DNA of 64,000 bases from Sporosarcina sp. (GTDB taxonomy: Bacteria; Bacillota; Bacilli; Bacillales_A; Planococcaceae), in NCBI GenBank assembly GCA_035300865.1, contig DATGUZ010000063.1, forward strand, positions 3,867 through 67,866, written 5' to 3'. Of the stretch, positions 17,800-29,172 are shown one piece after another (position 1 is the stretch's first letter; each line of letters begins with the position of its first letter). The position numbers were made by a program, and so were the translations under genes. The notes under the pieces are model-generated. The model saw only the letters and a program-made list of their open reading frames with translations, ran no database searches and was not told the origin of the DNA.

Positions 17800-20514
17800 T
17801 TAGTTGCTTTTCATTTTGTCGCGTAGAACCATTTGTAAGATTCCACCGTGACGGTAGTAATCTACCTCTACTTCAGAGTCGAAACGTGCAAGAACGTCGA
17901 ATTCTTTTACTGTTCCGTCTGGAGCTGTTGCCGTAACTTTTAGAATATCACGAGGTTTAACGTCATTTGTAATGTTTACGTTAATTTCCTCTTCACCAGT
18001 TAAACCAAGCGCTTCTGGTCCTTCGCCTTCCATAAATTGTAGTGGAAGTACGCCCATCATCACTAAGTTTGAGCGGTGAATACGCTCGTAACTTTGTGCA
18101 ATAACAGTTTTAATACCTAATAGTGAAGTACCTTTCGCTGCCCAGTCACGTGAAGATCCCATTCCATAATCATTACCTGTAATAATTGCTAAGCCAGTAC
18201 CATCTTCTTGATACTTCATTGCTGCATCATAAATTGGCATAATTTCTTTTGTTGGCCAGTACGTAGTGAATCCACCTTCTGTACCTTTTGCAATTTGGTT
18301 ACGAATACGAATGTTTGCGAACGTTCCTCTCATCATGACTTCGTGGTTACCACGACGTGAACCATATGAGTTGAAGTTACGTGGGTTAACGCCACGTTCT
18401 GTTAAATATTTACCTGCTGGTGTATCTTTACCAATCGCTCCTGCTGGAGAAATGTGGTCAGTTGTAATAGAATCGCCGAATTTACCAATAATACGTAAGT
18501 TGTTTAGGCCTTCGATATCTGTTGGTTCTTTCGATAAATTCTCGAAGAATGGTGGGTTTTGAATATATGTTGATTCATCATCAAAGTCATATAAAGAATC
18601 GTCAGTTGTTTCAATCGCATTCCATGCTTCGTTTTCAGTAAATACGCGTTCATATTCTTTACGGAATAATTCAGGTGTTACTGTTGATTTAACTACTTCT
18701 GCTACTTCTTCAGTTGTTGGCCAAATATCGTTAAAGAATACATCGTTTCCATCTTTATCTTGACCGATTGGATCTTTTGCAAAGTCGATATCAACTGTTC
18801 CAGCTAGTGCATATGCTACTACTAATGGTGGTGATGCTAAGTAGTTCGCTTTCACAAGTGGGTGAATTCGACCTTCGAAGTTACGGTTTCCTGATAGAAC
18901 AGAAGAAACAAGTAAATCTTCATCGATAATTGTTTTCTCAATTTCTGGTAATAAAGGTCCAGAGTTACCGATACATGTTGTACAACCGTATCCAACTAAG
19001 TTGAAGCCGATTTCTTCCATGAATGGTAATAAACCAGAATCTTGTAGGTATCCTGTTACAACTTTAGAACCTGGTGCTAAAGATGTTTTTACATACGGTG
19101 CTGGTTTTAAGCCTTTTTCAACAGCTTTTTTCGCTACTAATCCCGCACCTAACATAACGTAAGGGTTTGACGTGTTTGTACATGAAGTAATGGCAGCAAT
19201 TGCTAAATCACCTGTTTTCATCTCAACTTTACGGCCATCTTCAAATGCAATTGTTCCTTTTTTGTCTAGCTCTTTTTTATCTAAACCGAAACCTTGGTTT
19301 CCTTCTGGTGCAACAACTGCATCATTAAATGATTTTTGCATTTCAGATAGTGGGATTAAGTCTTGTGGACGTTTTGGTCCCGCAAGGTTTGGTTCTACTT
19401 GTGTTAAATCGACTTCGATTACGTCTGTGTATGTAGCATCTTCTTTGTCTGCTGTAAAGAACATATCGTTTTCGATTAAGTATTGTTTAACAACATCGAT
19501 TTGCTCGTCTTCACGACCTGTTAAACGCATATAATCTAATGTTTCTTCATCTACAGGGAAGAAGCCACAAGTTGCACCGTATTCCGGAGCCATATTCGCG
19601 ATTGTCGCACGGTCTGCTAGTGGTAATTGAACAACGCCTGGTCCGAAGAATTCAACAAATTTTCCAACAACACCGTGTTGACGTAATGTTTGTGTAACTT
19701 TTAGTGCTAAGTCCGTAGCTGTTGTACCGTTTGGTAATTCACCTACAAGCTTAACGCCAATTACTTCTGGTAGTGGGAAATATGATGGTTGCCCAAGCAT
19801 TCCAGCTTCAGCTTCAATACCACCTACACCCCATCCTAGAACACCCATACCGTTAATCATTGTTGTATGAGAGTCTGTACCAACTAAAGTATCTGGGTAC
19901 GTTTCAAATGTTCCATCTTCATTTTCAATGGCATGAACAACATTTGCTAAATACTCTAAGTTTACTTGGTGAACAATACCTGTTGCTGGCGGCACTGCAC
20001 GGTAGTTATCATATGCTTTTTGTGCCCAGCTTAAAAATTGATAACGTTCAGCGTTACGTTTGAACTCTAAATCCATGTTTAATTGTAAAGCTGCTTCATT
20101 TCCGTAGCTGTCAACTTGTACTGAATGGTCAATAACTAAGTCAACTGGAATTTCAGGGTTAATTTTGTCAGGATCTCCACCCATATCAGCCATTGCTTGA
20201 CGTAATGATGCTAAGTCAACAACAACTGGTACACCTGTGAAGTCTTGTAAGATTACGCGAGATGGTTTGAATGGAACTTCTCCGTTAGCATCTGCTTCAG
20301 TTCCCCATTTCGCTAAATTTTCAACGTGTTCGTCTTTAATGACATATCCATCATGCTGTCTTAATACTGATTCAAGAAGAACTCTAATTGAATAAGGGAG
20401 TTTCGAAATGTTTGCAATACCCGCTTCTTCTAATGCTTTTAAACGATAGTAGTTGTACGTTTTTCCGCCTAGCTCAAACGAAGCGCGGCTGTTGTGTAAA
20501 TTACTTTTTGCCAT
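17800..20514 (-). CDS. citB: Aconitate hydratase A
   Basis: [30 protein letters not shown] and [10 protein letters not shown] motifs. Confidence 0.98.
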   Translation of the reverse strand: MAKSNLHNSRASFELGGKTYNYYRLKALEEAGIANISKLPYSIRVLLESVLRQHDGYVIKDEHVENLAKWGTEADANGEVPFKPSRVILQDFTGVPVVVDLASLRQAMADMGGDPDKINPEIPVDLVIDHSVQVDSYGNEAALQLNMDLEFKRNAERYQFLSWAQKAYDNYRAVPPATGIVHQVNLEYLANVVHAIENEDGTFETYPDTLVGTDSHTTMINGMGVLGWGVGGIEAEAGMLGQPSYFPLPEVIGVKLVGELPNGTTATDLALKVTQTLRQHGVVGKFVEFFGPGVVQLPLADRATIANMAPEYGATCGFFPVDEETLDYMRLTGREDEQIDVVKQYLIENDMFFTADKEDATYTDVIEVDLTQVEPNLAGPKRPQDLIPLSEMQKSFNDAVVAPEGNQGFGLDKKELDKKGTIAFEDGRKVEMKTGDLAIAAITSCTNTSNPYVMLGAGLVAKKAVEKGLKPAPYVKTSLAPGSKVVTGYLQDSGLLPFMEEIGFNLVGYGCTTCIGNSGPLLPEIEKTIIDEDLLVSSVLSGNRNFEGRIHPLVKANYLASPPLVVAYALAGTVDIDFAKDPIGQDKDGNDVFFNDIWPTTEEVAEVVKSTVTPELFRKEYERVFTENEAWNAIETTDDSLYDFDDESTYIQNPPFFENLSKEPTDIEGLNNLRIIGKFGDSITTDHISPAGAIGKDTPAGKYLTERGVNPRNFNSYGSRRGNHEVMMRGTFANIRIRNQIAKGTEGGFTTYWPTKEIMPIYDAAMKYQEDGTGLAIITGNDYGMGSSRDWAAKGTSLLGIKTVIAQSYERIHRSNLVMMGVLPLQFMEGEGPEALGLTGEEEINVNITNDVKPRDILKVTATAPDGTVKEFDVLARFDSEVEVDYYRHGGILQMVLRDKMKSN

Positions 20515-20548
20515 TTTACTTCCTCCTTGTTTCTACATGAAAAGACTC

Positions 20549-20562
20549 TGTAAGCGTCTTCA
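20549..20562. promoter_or_regulatory. cre site just downstream of the citB start site
   Basis: TGTAAGCGTCTTCA. Confidence 0.65.
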
Positions 20563-20571
20563 CTCTACTTC

Positions 20572-20638
20572 ATCATAATACATTTCGAAATATAAGTAAA
20601 ATACAATAAGTTTATAGATTCTGATAAGAAAAAATAAT
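20572..20638 (-). promoter_or_regulatory. citB sigma-A promoter with CcpC-type operator
   Basis: TTTACT-17-TATGAT. TTAT half-site beside the -35 and an ATAA-N7-TAAT near-dyad (20624-20638) about 66 bp upstream of the predicted start, the B. subtilis citB architecture. Confidence 0.65.
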
Positions 20639-20760
20639 GACTAGTAAATGGTGAATATTCATAGTATTCAAGTCTTTGCTAGAAAATGATGTTCAATTCG
20701 ATTCTGCTTCATTTATTGTGTATACTATTGTCAAGACAATGAGGAAATGAGGGATTTGAA

Positions 20761-21309
20761 ATGAAGAAAGCATTATTAGTAGTTGATTACACAGTTGATT
20801 TTGTCGCAGAAGATGGCGCGCTTACATGTGGTTTACCAGGGATTGAATTGGAATCGTATATTTGTAAAATAACTGAGCAGTTTATAAAAGATGGAGAGTA
20901 TGTTGTATTTCCAGTCGATGTTCATGAACTTCATGATCCGTACCATCCTGAAACAAAAGCGTTCCCGCCTCATAATATACGTGGAACGGCTGGGCGCAAT
21001 TTATATGGACAATTACATGATCTTTATCAACAATATGCTGAAGATATTTTTTGGATGGACAAAACGCGTTATAGTGTATTTGCTGGGACAGACTTAGAAT
21101 TGCGATTACGAGCAAGAAATATACGTGAAATTCATCTTGTAGGTGTTTGCACAGATATTTGCATCCTTCACTCTGCTATCGATGCGTATAATAAAGGGTT
21201 TGATATCGTTATTCATGAACAAGGCGTCGCGAGCTTTAACCAAATGGGTCACGAGTGGGCAATCAATCATTTTGAACAGACATTAGGTGCAACAGTGATT
21301 AGAAAGTAG
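20761..21309 (+). CDS. pncA: Nicotinamidase/isochorismatase family cysteine hydrolase
   Basis: VVDYTVDF, HPETKAFPPHN, DKTRYS and GVCTDICI motifs. Confidence 0.85.
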   Translation: MKKALLVVDYTVDFVAEDGALTCGLPGIELESYICKITEQFIKDGEYVVFPVDVHELHDPYHPETKAFPPHNIRGTAGRNLYGQLHDLYQQYAEDIFWMDKTRYSVFAGTDLELRLRARNIREIHLVGVCTDICILHSAIDAYNKGFDIVIHEQGVASFNQMGHEWAINHFEQTLGATVIRK

Positions 21310-21327
21310 AAATACAACTTTCATTTT

Positions 21328-21353
21328 GTTTAAAATCGTTCCTTATTGGTTAT
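21328..21353 (+). promoter_or_regulatory. Putative sigma-B promoter
   Basis: GTTTAA-14 bp-GGTTAT upstream of a stress membrane protein gene. Confidence 0.5.
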
Positions 21354-21399
21354 ACAAAGAGTAAGCAAGAATGACTTTAAACATTAAGGAGATGACTCT

Positions 21400-21651
21400 A
21401 TGTTTAGTTTTATTTGGTTTTTAATTATCGGTGGAATCATTGGATGGCTCGCAGGGATGATTCTAGGAAAAGATATTCCTGCTGGTATCATCGGAAATAT
21501 TATTGCCGGAATTGTTGGGGCTTGGATTGGCGGAAAATTACTAGGAGAATGGGGATGGAGAGTATCTGATTTTTATGTATTTCCTTCTTTAATCGGTGCA
21601 CTCATATTCGTATTTATTCTTAGTATTTTATTAAAATCTATGAATAAGTAA
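21400..21651 (+). CDS. GlsB/YeaQ/YmgE family stress membrane protein
   Basis: LIIGGIIGWLAG...NIIAGIVGAWIG motif. Confidence 0.9.
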   Translation: MFSFIWFLIIGGIIGWLAGMILGKDIPAGIIGNIIAGIVGAWIGGKLLGEWGWRVSDFYVFPSLIGALIFVFILSILLKSMNK

Positions 21652-21688
21652 CATAAACCGATTCGCATCATCAAACATGCGAATCGGT

Positions 21689-22366
21689 TTATTTTTTGGC
21701 TAATTTAATTTCATAATCAGATTTAATGTCTTCATATTTATCGAAATAAAATAGCACATCTTTTACATATTTTTCACTACGATTATATTCAAAGATGGCT
21801 TGTTCGATTTCTCCAGTTGCCGCTCCGTGTGAAGAAATATAATTTGCCGTGCTAAAAATTGCATCTTCAATATCGTAAGGATCCGCTTTTCCATCACCAT
21901 TCGCATCAACGCCATAACCGCCGTATTTCGCAATGACGTCAGGGTCTGTTAAATCTTCTTTTGGGATATTCCCCTCACCCAATCCATTACAGCCTGGGTA
22001 TTCCCAACCGACGAATGTGCACGGCATAAATTGCATATGACCTTCTGCACCTGCAGGTGAAACTAATGGATTCATTTTTGAAAACCTTGTTTCAACACGA
22101 TGATGTGCAGCAAGTAACGTCCATGGAATATCATATTCTTCAGCAGCTTCCATATAGATTGGAATATACTCCGCAGGAATTTTTGCCCCGCCGACACGAT
22201 CTTGTAAATCCATCCAAAAGCCTTTCGTTTTCTCCAATACTTGAAATTGAGTTAAGTTTTTGGATTTCATCATGAAGAAAAGTCCACTGCAAACGACGAA
22301 TGGTATGATGACTAGCAATATGAAAGTTGTGATTCTATTTTTTGAACTACGTCGCTTACTAAACAT
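21689..22366 (-). CDS. Membrane-anchored lytic transglycosylase (MltB-like)
   Basis: N-terminal TM, RVETRF, AGAEGHMQFMP, EF-hand-like DANGDGKAD, DAIFSTANY and YNRS. Confidence 0.85.
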   Translation of the reverse strand: MFSKRRSSKNRITTFILLVIIPFVVCSGLFFMMKSKNLTQFQVLEKTKGFWMDLQDRVGGAKIPAEYIPIYMEAAEEYDIPWTLLAAHHRVETRFSKMNPLVSPAGAEGHMQFMPCTFVGWEYPGCNGLGEGNIPKEDLTDPDVIAKYGGYGVDANGDGKADPYDIEDAIFSTANYISSHGAATGEIEQAIFEYNRSEKYVKDVLFYFDKYEDIKSDYEIKLAKK

Positions 22367-22456
22367 ACTGGACCTCCTGAAGAATGATACAAACCATTTT
22401 ACACGTTTTTGTTATAAATGTAAAAAAATCCCCTATAAAATAGAGGATTTTAAAGA

Positions 22457-23065
22457 TTAACTACGTTCGCTTAATGCTTTTATATCGTTGGCAATATCAT
22501 CCATATAATCTGAGAACACTTTTTCGCCATCATTAACGCCGTTATACATTTTAACAAGATTGCCTTCTTGGTCAATTAAAATAAAACTTGTTCCATGAAT
22601 GACTTGATCCGAATTTGGGTCGTCTGCAACAATTGTAAAAAATGACTTTTTCGCCACTTCGATAATTTCACTTTGCTTATAGCCCGTTAACATTTCCCAT
22701 TTTGATTCATCAGATGGTGCGAATTGTTCTAAATAACCTTTCAGCACGTCAGGCTTATCGTAAACCGGGTCGACTGTGAATGAGACGATTTTATAATCTT
22801 CGACACCTTTTTCAATTAACGCATCTTGTAATTCTGCCATATTATGCATCATTGGACCGCATACTGTCGTACAATTCGAAAAGACAAATTGTGCGAGCCA
22901 AACATCTCCTTTTAAGTCATCTAAAGAAACTTCTTCATTGTGATGATTGGTATAGCTAAATGGTTGAACAGCTTCTTTATAGTCAGCCTTGAAATCATCT
23001 TTAGAAGAACAAGCGCTTAACAATAATACGACAATAAGTACAATTGGAAATAATAATTTGCGCAT
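22457..23065 (-). CDS. SCO family copper chaperone lipoprotein
   Basis: Lipobox LSAC, CTTVC, TVDP and conserved His (VIHGT). Confidence 0.92.
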   Translation of the reverse strand: MRKLLFPIVLIVVLLLSACSSKDDFKADYKEAVQPFSYTNHHNEEVSLDDLKGDVWLAQFVFSNCTTVCGPMMHNMAELQDALIEKGVEDYKIVSFTVDPVYDKPDVLKGYLEQFAPSDESKWEMLTGYKQSEIIEVAKKSFFTIVADDPNSDQVIHGTSFILIDQEGNLVKMYNGVNDGEKVFSDYMDDIANDIKALSERS

Positions 23066-23315
23066 TTTATAGCTCCCTTACTTATATCATTTGCTTCTTT
23101 ATCATATCGTAATCATCTTTTTCTAACAAGTAAATTAGCGGTCATTTAGATAGGAGAATTGACGAACATGTGACAAACGATTCCCCATCTTTTCTAACTT
23201 CCACGAAGAGTTTGCTCAAAATCACTATTTCTTTGATACACTATTATTCGGATACATCGCACGTGTTTTTTGTTACAAAATTTTATATAATGAAATATAA
23301 GTTGAGGTGAAGATA

Positions 23316-23756
23316 ATGTTAGATGGATGGTTTCTTTGGTTCATTTTATTTTGGGTCGTTGTACTCGTAAGCTTGTTTGCAATTGGCGGATTTTTTATGT
23401 TCCGGAAGTTTTTAAAGAAATTGCCAAAAGAAGATGGAAAATCAATTATCGATTGGGAAGAACATTATGTAAATGAATCTTTACATCTTTGGGATGATCG
23501 TTCGAAAGAATTATTAGAAGAGTTTTGTAGTCCCGTTCCGGAAATATTCCGACCAGTTGCGAAACAGAAAATCGGTGCGAAAATCGGCGAGTTAGCTTTA
23601 CAAGATCGCCTGAAGAAAATCGATCTTGACGTAATGATTCGAGGATATATTATTGCGACGCCAAAACGTGATCATAAATTTTTGCGGAAAAAATTAGAAG
23701 AGATGGATATTGATGTAACACCCTATGAGAAGTATTTTGCTTTAAGCGAAAAATAG
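23316..23756 (+). CDS. yneK: DUF2621 family protein (YneK)
   Basis: AIGGFFMFRKFLKKLPKEDGKS; synteny. Confidence 0.85.
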   Translation: MLDGWFLWFILFWVVVLVSLFAIGGFFMFRKFLKKLPKEDGKSIIDWEEHYVNESLHLWDDRSKELLEEFCSPVPEIFRPVAKQKIGAKIGELALQDRLKKIDLDVMIRGYIIATPKRDHKFLRKKLEEMDIDVTPYEKYFALSEK

Positions 23757-23770
23757 TCGTTACATAAACC

Positions 23771-23800
23771 AAAAAACGTTAGCATATGCTAACGTTTTTT
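23771..23800. terminator. Bidirectional terminator
   Basis: Perfect palindrome AAAAAACGTTAGCATATGCTAACGTTTTTT. Confidence 0.8.
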
Positions 23801-23803
23801 GGT

Positions 23804-24301
23804 TTATTGGATTGTATGTACAAGTCGTTTAAATTTTATGAGCATCGCAATACGCCAAGGAACAATCATTCCGAATGCTAAAATCCAGAACATGCCGCCA
23901 AGTTCCCCCACATCAATCGTGCTGCTTAATAGTAGTTTTGCAATAAGACGTATAAATAATAGTCCGAATAAGATGAATGCAAATGCTTTTGTACGTTTCA
24001 TATAAATATCGCCTTGTCGAATTTCAAACTTTGTCGTTTTAATTAATATAAGCGAAAACAGCAATCCAACGACTAGCGCTTCTACAATTTGAGGGGGTGC
24101 TACACGGAATTCCTCAAAAATAAACATGAGTGCACCAGTGGACATAAACACAGGTGGTAAAACAATTTTTTTAACATTGACAGGATTTTCTGCTGATTTA
24201 GAACGGACGAAAATGGCGAATATTCCCATAAGCGTCGCCATAATCGTTGTTCCAATAATTAAATAAACGGACGGAATTTTTTCGGAAATATAGGAGATCA
24301 T
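23804..24301 (-). CDS. ccdC: CcdC/YneJ family membrane protein
   Basis: KKIVLPPVFMSTGALM and LAFGMIVPWRIAM motifs. Confidence 0.88.
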   Translation of the reverse strand: MISYISEKIPSVYLIIGTTIMATLMGIFAIFVRSKSAENPVNVKKIVLPPVFMSTGALMFIFEEFRVAPPQIVEALVVGLLFSLILIKTTKFEIRQGDIYMKRTKAFAFILFGLLFIRLIAKLLLSSTIDVGELGGMFWILAFGMIVPWRIAMLIKFKRLVHTIQ

Positions 24302-24302
24302 T

Positions 24303-24623
24303 TTACTCGCCCCGTCCAACTAATTGATCTAATCTGTGCTTAAGTTCCTCCATTGGTACGAAGCGTGCAAACCGTGCATATTCTTTGCCATTATCAAAGA
24401 GTAATACAACGGGCGCACTAAATAGTGATAATTGCCCTGCCATCGCTGGAACCTCAGCAGCATTGACGATGTAAAATGGGAGAGGATATTCTGCTTGTAA
24501 CGGTTCTACTTGTGGCAATAATCCTTCACAAACGGAGCAATTATTCGTTTTGACAAATAATAATACGCGCTCATTTTGTGTGACGACTTCTTCCCATTGT
24601 TCATATGAATGAATGGTTTTCAC
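24303..24623 (-). CDS. Thioredoxin family protein
   Basis: CSVC motif and cis-Pro (FSAPV); no signal peptide. Confidence 0.85.
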   Translation of the reverse strand: MKTIHSYEQWEEVVTQNERVLLFVKTNNCSVCEGLLPQVEPLQAEYPLPFYIVNAAEVPAMAGQLSLFSAPVVLLFDNGKEYARFARFVPMEELKHRLDQLVGRGE

Positions 24624-24662
24624 TGCTGTTCCTCCTTAGTCAACGAGGTGATTCATCGATTA

Positions 24663-25391
24663 TTAGAAGCCTGTAAAATCGCCAAAGATTGGACTTAGCC
24701 AACTAATAATATAGGTCATCCCATCAAAGAATAATAAAATACCGAATCCAATCATTAAATAACCACCGATTTTTGTAATTTTAGCACTATGTTTACGAAT
24801 TGCTTTTGTTTTTGTAACAAAAAACGATAGTGTAAAGAACGGAATCGCAAATCCAAATACATACGCAAGCATATAGTACATGCCGGCACTTGGATTTGTA
24901 CCTGCTAATAAAATGATTGCGCCAATAATCGGACCTGAACATGGCGTCCATCCAGCCGCGAAGGCAAGACCGATTAAAAATGTTCCCAAATAACCACTTG
25001 GTCGATTTTTAAATTGAAATTTCCGATCTTTCATTAGAAAATCAGGTGTAAATAAGCCAACAATCATTAAACCAAATACGACGATGAAAATTGAGCCGAT
25101 TTGTCGTAATAGATCAATATTTGATTTAAAGAAACTTCCGATATACGTTGAACCGAATCCGAGTGCAATAAAAATGATTGAAAATCCAATTAAGAAAAAA
25201 ATCGTATGTAACATGCCGCGTTTTGTCATTTTTGATTGCTCAGATTGTAAATCGTCTACAGACATTCCTGTAATATACGATAAGAATGCTGGGTATAATG
25301 GCAACGTACATGGAGAGATGAAACTTAAGAAACCAGCTCCGAATGAAAATAATAAGCCCATTAATAAGCTATAACTTGCTAAATCAAACAT
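24663..25391 (-). CDS. ccdA: Cytochrome c biogenesis protein CcdA
   Basis: SFISPCTLP and GWTPCSGP motifs. Confidence 0.93.
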   Translation of the reverse strand: MFDLASYSLLMGLLFSFGAGFLSFISPCTLPLYPAFLSYITGMSVDDLQSEQSKMTKRGMLHTIFFLIGFSIIFIALGFGSTYIGSFFKSNIDLLRQIGSIFIVVFGLMIVGLFTPDFLMKDRKFQFKNRPSGYLGTFLIGLAFAAGWTPCSGPIIGAIILLAGTNPSAGMYYMLAYVFGFAIPFFTLSFFVTKTKAIRKHSAKITKIGGYLMIGFGILLFFDGMTYIISWLSPIFGDFTGF

Positions 25392-25572
25392 TATCAAATC
25401 TCCTTTTAAATGCTTTATTTATCATATCAAAAGAAGTTCCCATTTACGCTTTTTTTGCTTGTGAAATCTTTGTGAACACGATGAAATAGAAGCATATTTC
25501 TTTCATTTATATGCGGACTTGCCTCGTAAAAAAACCGATAGCGAAATATCGCTATCGGTTTGAATGTTTCAG

Positions 25573-27357
25573 TTAACTTACATCTGCCCCACTATTTTGT
25601 AATTCATACATCATATGATAGAGTCCTTTTTGGGATAGTAATTGTTGATGAGTTCCTCTTTCAACAATTTCTCCTTGATGTAATACTAAAATCAGTTCAG
25701 CATCTTGAATGGTACTTAAACGGTGTGCAATCGCAATTGTTGTACGACCTTTTCTCATTTTTTCCAAACTTGCTTGAATCGCTACTTCTGTTTCAGTATC
25801 AATGTTCGCTGTTGCTTCGTCTAATACAAGGATTTTCGGATTCGTAGCAATCGTTCTTGCAAAGGCAATTAATTGACGTTGACCGCTTGAGAACGTAGAA
25901 CCTCTTTCTGTCACTTTATGGTCATATTGGCCAGGTAGCTTTTCGATAAATTCATTTGCGCGAACAAATTCCGCTGCTTCACGTACTTGCATTTCTGTTA
26001 AATCCGTATTGTGCAATCGAATATTACTATCAATATTTCCATAAAACATAAACGGATCTTGTAATACAAGCCCCATTTTGGTGCGTAATTCTTGTTTTGG
26101 ATATGATTTTAACGACACGCCATCAATGAGAATATCTCCGTGTTCATATTCGTAAAATCGCATGAGTAAGTTAATAATAGAGCTTTTCCCACTTCCAGTA
26201 TGCCCGACAAGTGCGACCGTTTCACCTGCATTTGCTGTAAATGAAATATTTTTCAAAACATCTTTTTGACCGTCATATGAAAACGTAACATTTTTAAATT
26301 CGACTTTTCCAACATCAACTGTTGCTTCTTTTTGTACATCTTGTTTCGGCTCCATTTGTGGATCATCCATGAGTGTAAAAACACGTGATGCGGAAACGAG
26401 TGCTTGTTGAAAAATCGATAATCTTTGCATAACTTGCTGGATTGGTTGGAATAAACGACCTAATAATGTTGTAAATGCAAATAATACTCCGACCTCCACT
26501 GGACTATTTAAAGAGGCAAACCCAAAATATCCGAGTGCAAATACAATGGCCCCTGTATACAGCAAATCAATCATAGGTCCAAGTAAAATTCCATCAAATT
26601 TAATATTTCTCATACCTGCGCGATAATGCATTTCATTAATATCATCGAATTCTTTCTCAAGTCGTTGTTCTTGTCGAAATGCTTGAATCATCCCCATCCC
26701 TGCTAACGATTCTGCAATTTTGGCATTCAATTGACTTAAGCGTTCACGAATATCTTGATAAAAATCAGCACTGAAATAACGATAAACACTAATGACAGCA
26801 ACGAACATCGGTAGTAATAATAATGAAATCGTTGCAAGTTTTGCGTCTAATGAAAATAGCGCAATAAAGACACCGACTAAAATGAAAGCTGCTTGTAAAA
26901 ATGTAACAAGCACACTGACAAACATCTCTTTAATCGATTCTGTATCATTTGTGACACGTGAGACGACGCTGCCAGCTGGTGTTTGATCAAAATACGTCAT
27001 CCCAAGACCTTGTACTTTTGTAAACACGTCAATGCGCATTTGTTGAATGATTTTCAAAGCAATATCCTGGAATCTCAGTAGCTGAAAATACGATACAATC
27101 ACAATGAAAATCTCCAGCCCGATGTACACGCCTGCAATCGTTATAATCTCTTCTTTTGGAAAATGCATTGGTGCTAAATAATGGTCAATGAACCGTTGGA
27201 TAATAAGGGGTCCAACAATTGTCCCGGTAATTGTTAATACGAGCAATATTAATGCAATTGTAATACTTGCTTTATGTGGTTTCGTATACGTAAGGAGACG
27301 CTTCAATACATGCCATTGATCTTTTGCAGTGAGCTTTGGTTGTTTTTCATGCATCAT
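25573..27357 (-). CDS. Multidrug ABC transporter, permease plus ATPase (MdlB/YheH-like)
   Basis: GHTGSGKS, FSSGQRQ and LDEAT motifs. Confidence 0.92.
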   Translation of the reverse strand: MMHEKQPKLTAKDQWHVLKRLLTYTKPHKASITIALILLVLTITGTIVGPLIIQRFIDHYLAPMHFPKEEIITIAGVYIGLEIFIVIVSYFQLLRFQDIALKIIQQMRIDVFTKVQGLGMTYFDQTPAGSVVSRVTNDTESIKEMFVSVLVTFLQAAFILVGVFIALFSLDAKLATISLLLLPMFVAVISVYRYFSADFYQDIRERLSQLNAKIAESLAGMGMIQAFRQEQRLEKEFDDINEMHYRAGMRNIKFDGILLGPMIDLLYTGAIVFALGYFGFASLNSPVEVGVLFAFTTLLGRLFQPIQQVMQRLSIFQQALVSASRVFTLMDDPQMEPKQDVQKEATVDVGKVEFKNVTFSYDGQKDVLKNISFTANAGETVALVGHTGSGKSSIINLLMRFYEYEHGDILIDGVSLKSYPKQELRTKMGLVLQDPFMFYGNIDSNIRLHNTDLTEMQVREAAEFVRANEFIEKLPGQYDHKVTERGSTFSSGQRQLIAFARTIATNPKILVLDEATANIDTETEVAIQASLEKMRKGRTTIAIAHRLSTIQDAELILVLHQGEIVERGTHQQLLSQKGLYHMMYELQNSGADVS

Positions 27358-29110
27358 TTTCTCCGCCTCCTTGTTCGACCATTACTTCTAATTGTTGTAA
27401 ATCATACATTTCTTTATATTTTCCATTACGTGCGAGTAATTGTTCATGTGTTCCCTTTTCAACAATCGTGCCCTCTTCCATGACGATAATTTGATGTGCG
27501 TGTTGAATTGCGCTTAATCGATGGGATGTAATAATCGTCGTTTCATCTGTACGTGCTGCTTTTAATGCTTCTAAAATAGCTTCTTCAGTTTTTGCATCGA
27601 CTGCGGACAAGGAATCGTCTAAAATAAGTAGTTCTGGATTCATGACCAATGCACGTGCAATTGACACACGTTGTTGTTGCCCACCAGATAATGAAACACC
27701 ACGTTCTCCAACAATTGTTTCGTAACCATTTGTCAGCCCTAAAATATCGTCGTGAATTTGAGATAATTTTGCGGCTTCATAAATCTCTTCTTTTGGTGTA
27801 TGTGGGTTTGTAAACGCAATGTTTTCAGCAATTGTCGTTGAAAATAGAAAATGATCTTGTGGCACATAACCAATTGCTTCACGTAAGCGTTGTTGTTTGT
27901 AATGATTAATTTGTTCGCCGCCATAAATGATTGTCCCTTCATACCCCTCAAACTCTCGAAGTAATAACTTTAAAATTGCTGTTTTCCCTGAACCGGTCCG
28001 ACCGACAATTCCAAGTGTTTCCCCTTTCTTTAACGTAAAATGTACATCATGTAAAGACGGTTTTTCTTCACCGGGAAAATGAAAAGATTGAATATCAAAT
28101 TGTAAATTTCCTTCAGGTTTTTGATCAATCGCTCCTGGCACATCTTGAATCTCCGGGATCACCGATAATAATTCGGTAATTCGCGTGTAGGAAGCATTTC
28201 CTCGCTCTACAATATTAAATAAAAATCCAAATGCTAACATCGGCCAAACAAGTAAACCAAGATATGTACTGAACGCAACCATATCCCCAATCGTCATATC
28301 ACCAGCAATGATAAATTTTGTTCCGAAGAAAAATGATAAAATATAGGATACGGCAAACACTGCTGTAATCGTTGGATCAAATAATGCATCTACTTTAGCA
28401 ACGCGCATATTTTTTTCAACTACATCAGATGATAACTGTGTAAAATCCTCAATATCTTCTTTTTCTTGCCCAAATGTTTTAATCACTTTAATACCTGTTA
28501 CACTTTCTTGTGTTTTATCATTCAAATTTGAAAATGCTTCTTGTGCATAGCGGAATCGTTGACGTAACAATCGACCATAATAACTTGTTAAAAAGATCAT
28601 CAATGGTAGCGGAATTAACGCAATGAGTGTTAATTTCCAACTAATCGTTAATGCCATCATTAATATGACAAATCCGCCTGTTGCAAATGAGTCAATTAAT
28701 GTTAGTACACCCATTCCAGCCGTTTGTTGGACAGCATTAATATCATTTGTTGCATGTGCCATTAAGTCTCCAACACGTCTTTTTTGATAAAAGGACGGCG
28801 ACATTCTCGTAAAATGATGAAACATGTTTTCGCGTAATGTCCGAGAAAGTAAAACAGATGATCCAAAAATCATTACCCGCCAGTAAAAACGTGCAATGTA
28901 CATCAAAACACCTGCGACTCCTAGAATAACGAGCCATTTTGTTAAACTTGAAGCTGTTAGTGCACCATCCGTAATTGCATCTACAATCAACCCGATAATT
29001 TTGGGTGGTAATAACTGCAATAGTGAGACAAGGATTAAAGCCAAAACCCCGATGATGTATTGCTTTTTCTGCTGTTTAAAAAACCAGCGTAACTGAAGTA
29101 ATACCTTCAC
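27347..29110 (-). CDS. Multidrug ABC transporter, permease plus ATPase (MdlA/YheI-like)
   Basis: GRTGSGKT, LSGGQQQR and degenerate Walker B LDDS; heterodimer partner of the next gene. Confidence 0.92.
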   Translation of the reverse strand: MKVLLQLRWFFKQQKKQYIIGVLALILVSLLQLLPPKIIGLIVDAITDGALTASSLTKWLVILGVAGVLMYIARFYWRVMIFGSSVLLSRTLRENMFHHFTRMSPSFYQKRRVGDLMAHATNDINAVQQTAGMGVLTLIDSFATGGFVILMMALTISWKLTLIALIPLPLMIFLTSYYGRLLRQRFRYAQEAFSNLNDKTQESVTGIKVIKTFGQEKEDIEDFTQLSSDVVEKNMRVAKVDALFDPTITAVFAVSYILSFFFGTKFIIAGDMTIGDMVAFSTYLGLLVWPMLAFGFLFNIVERGNASYTRITELLSVIPEIQDVPGAIDQKPEGNLQFDIQSFHFPGEEKPSLHDVHFTLKKGETLGIVGRTGSGKTAILKLLLREFEGYEGTIIYGGEQINHYKQQRLREAIGYVPQDHFLFSTTIAENIAFTNPHTPKEEIYEAAKLSQIHDDILGLTNGYETIVGERGVSLSGGQQQRVSIARALVMNPELLILDDSLSAVDAKTEEAILEALKAARTDETTIITSHRLSAIQHAHQIIVMEEGTIVEKGTHEQLLARNGKYKEMYDLQQLEVMVEQGGGENDA

Positions 29111-29157
29111 ATAAACCCCCTACTTTTCTAAAGAATAAATACTCTCCCATTTTACCA

Positions 29158-29172
29158 AATTTTTAGATAATA
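29158..29172. promoter_or_regulatory. Possible CodY box upstream of ilvA
   Basis: AATTTTTAGATAATA, 3 mismatches to AATTTTCWGAAAATT; ilvA is a known CodY target. AT-rich context weakens the call. Confidence 0.35.

Noticed and set aside
23160-23177. TTGACGAACATGTGACAA upstream of sco as a Rex, LexA or ResD site
   Set aside because: Too many mismatches to each consensus to call.
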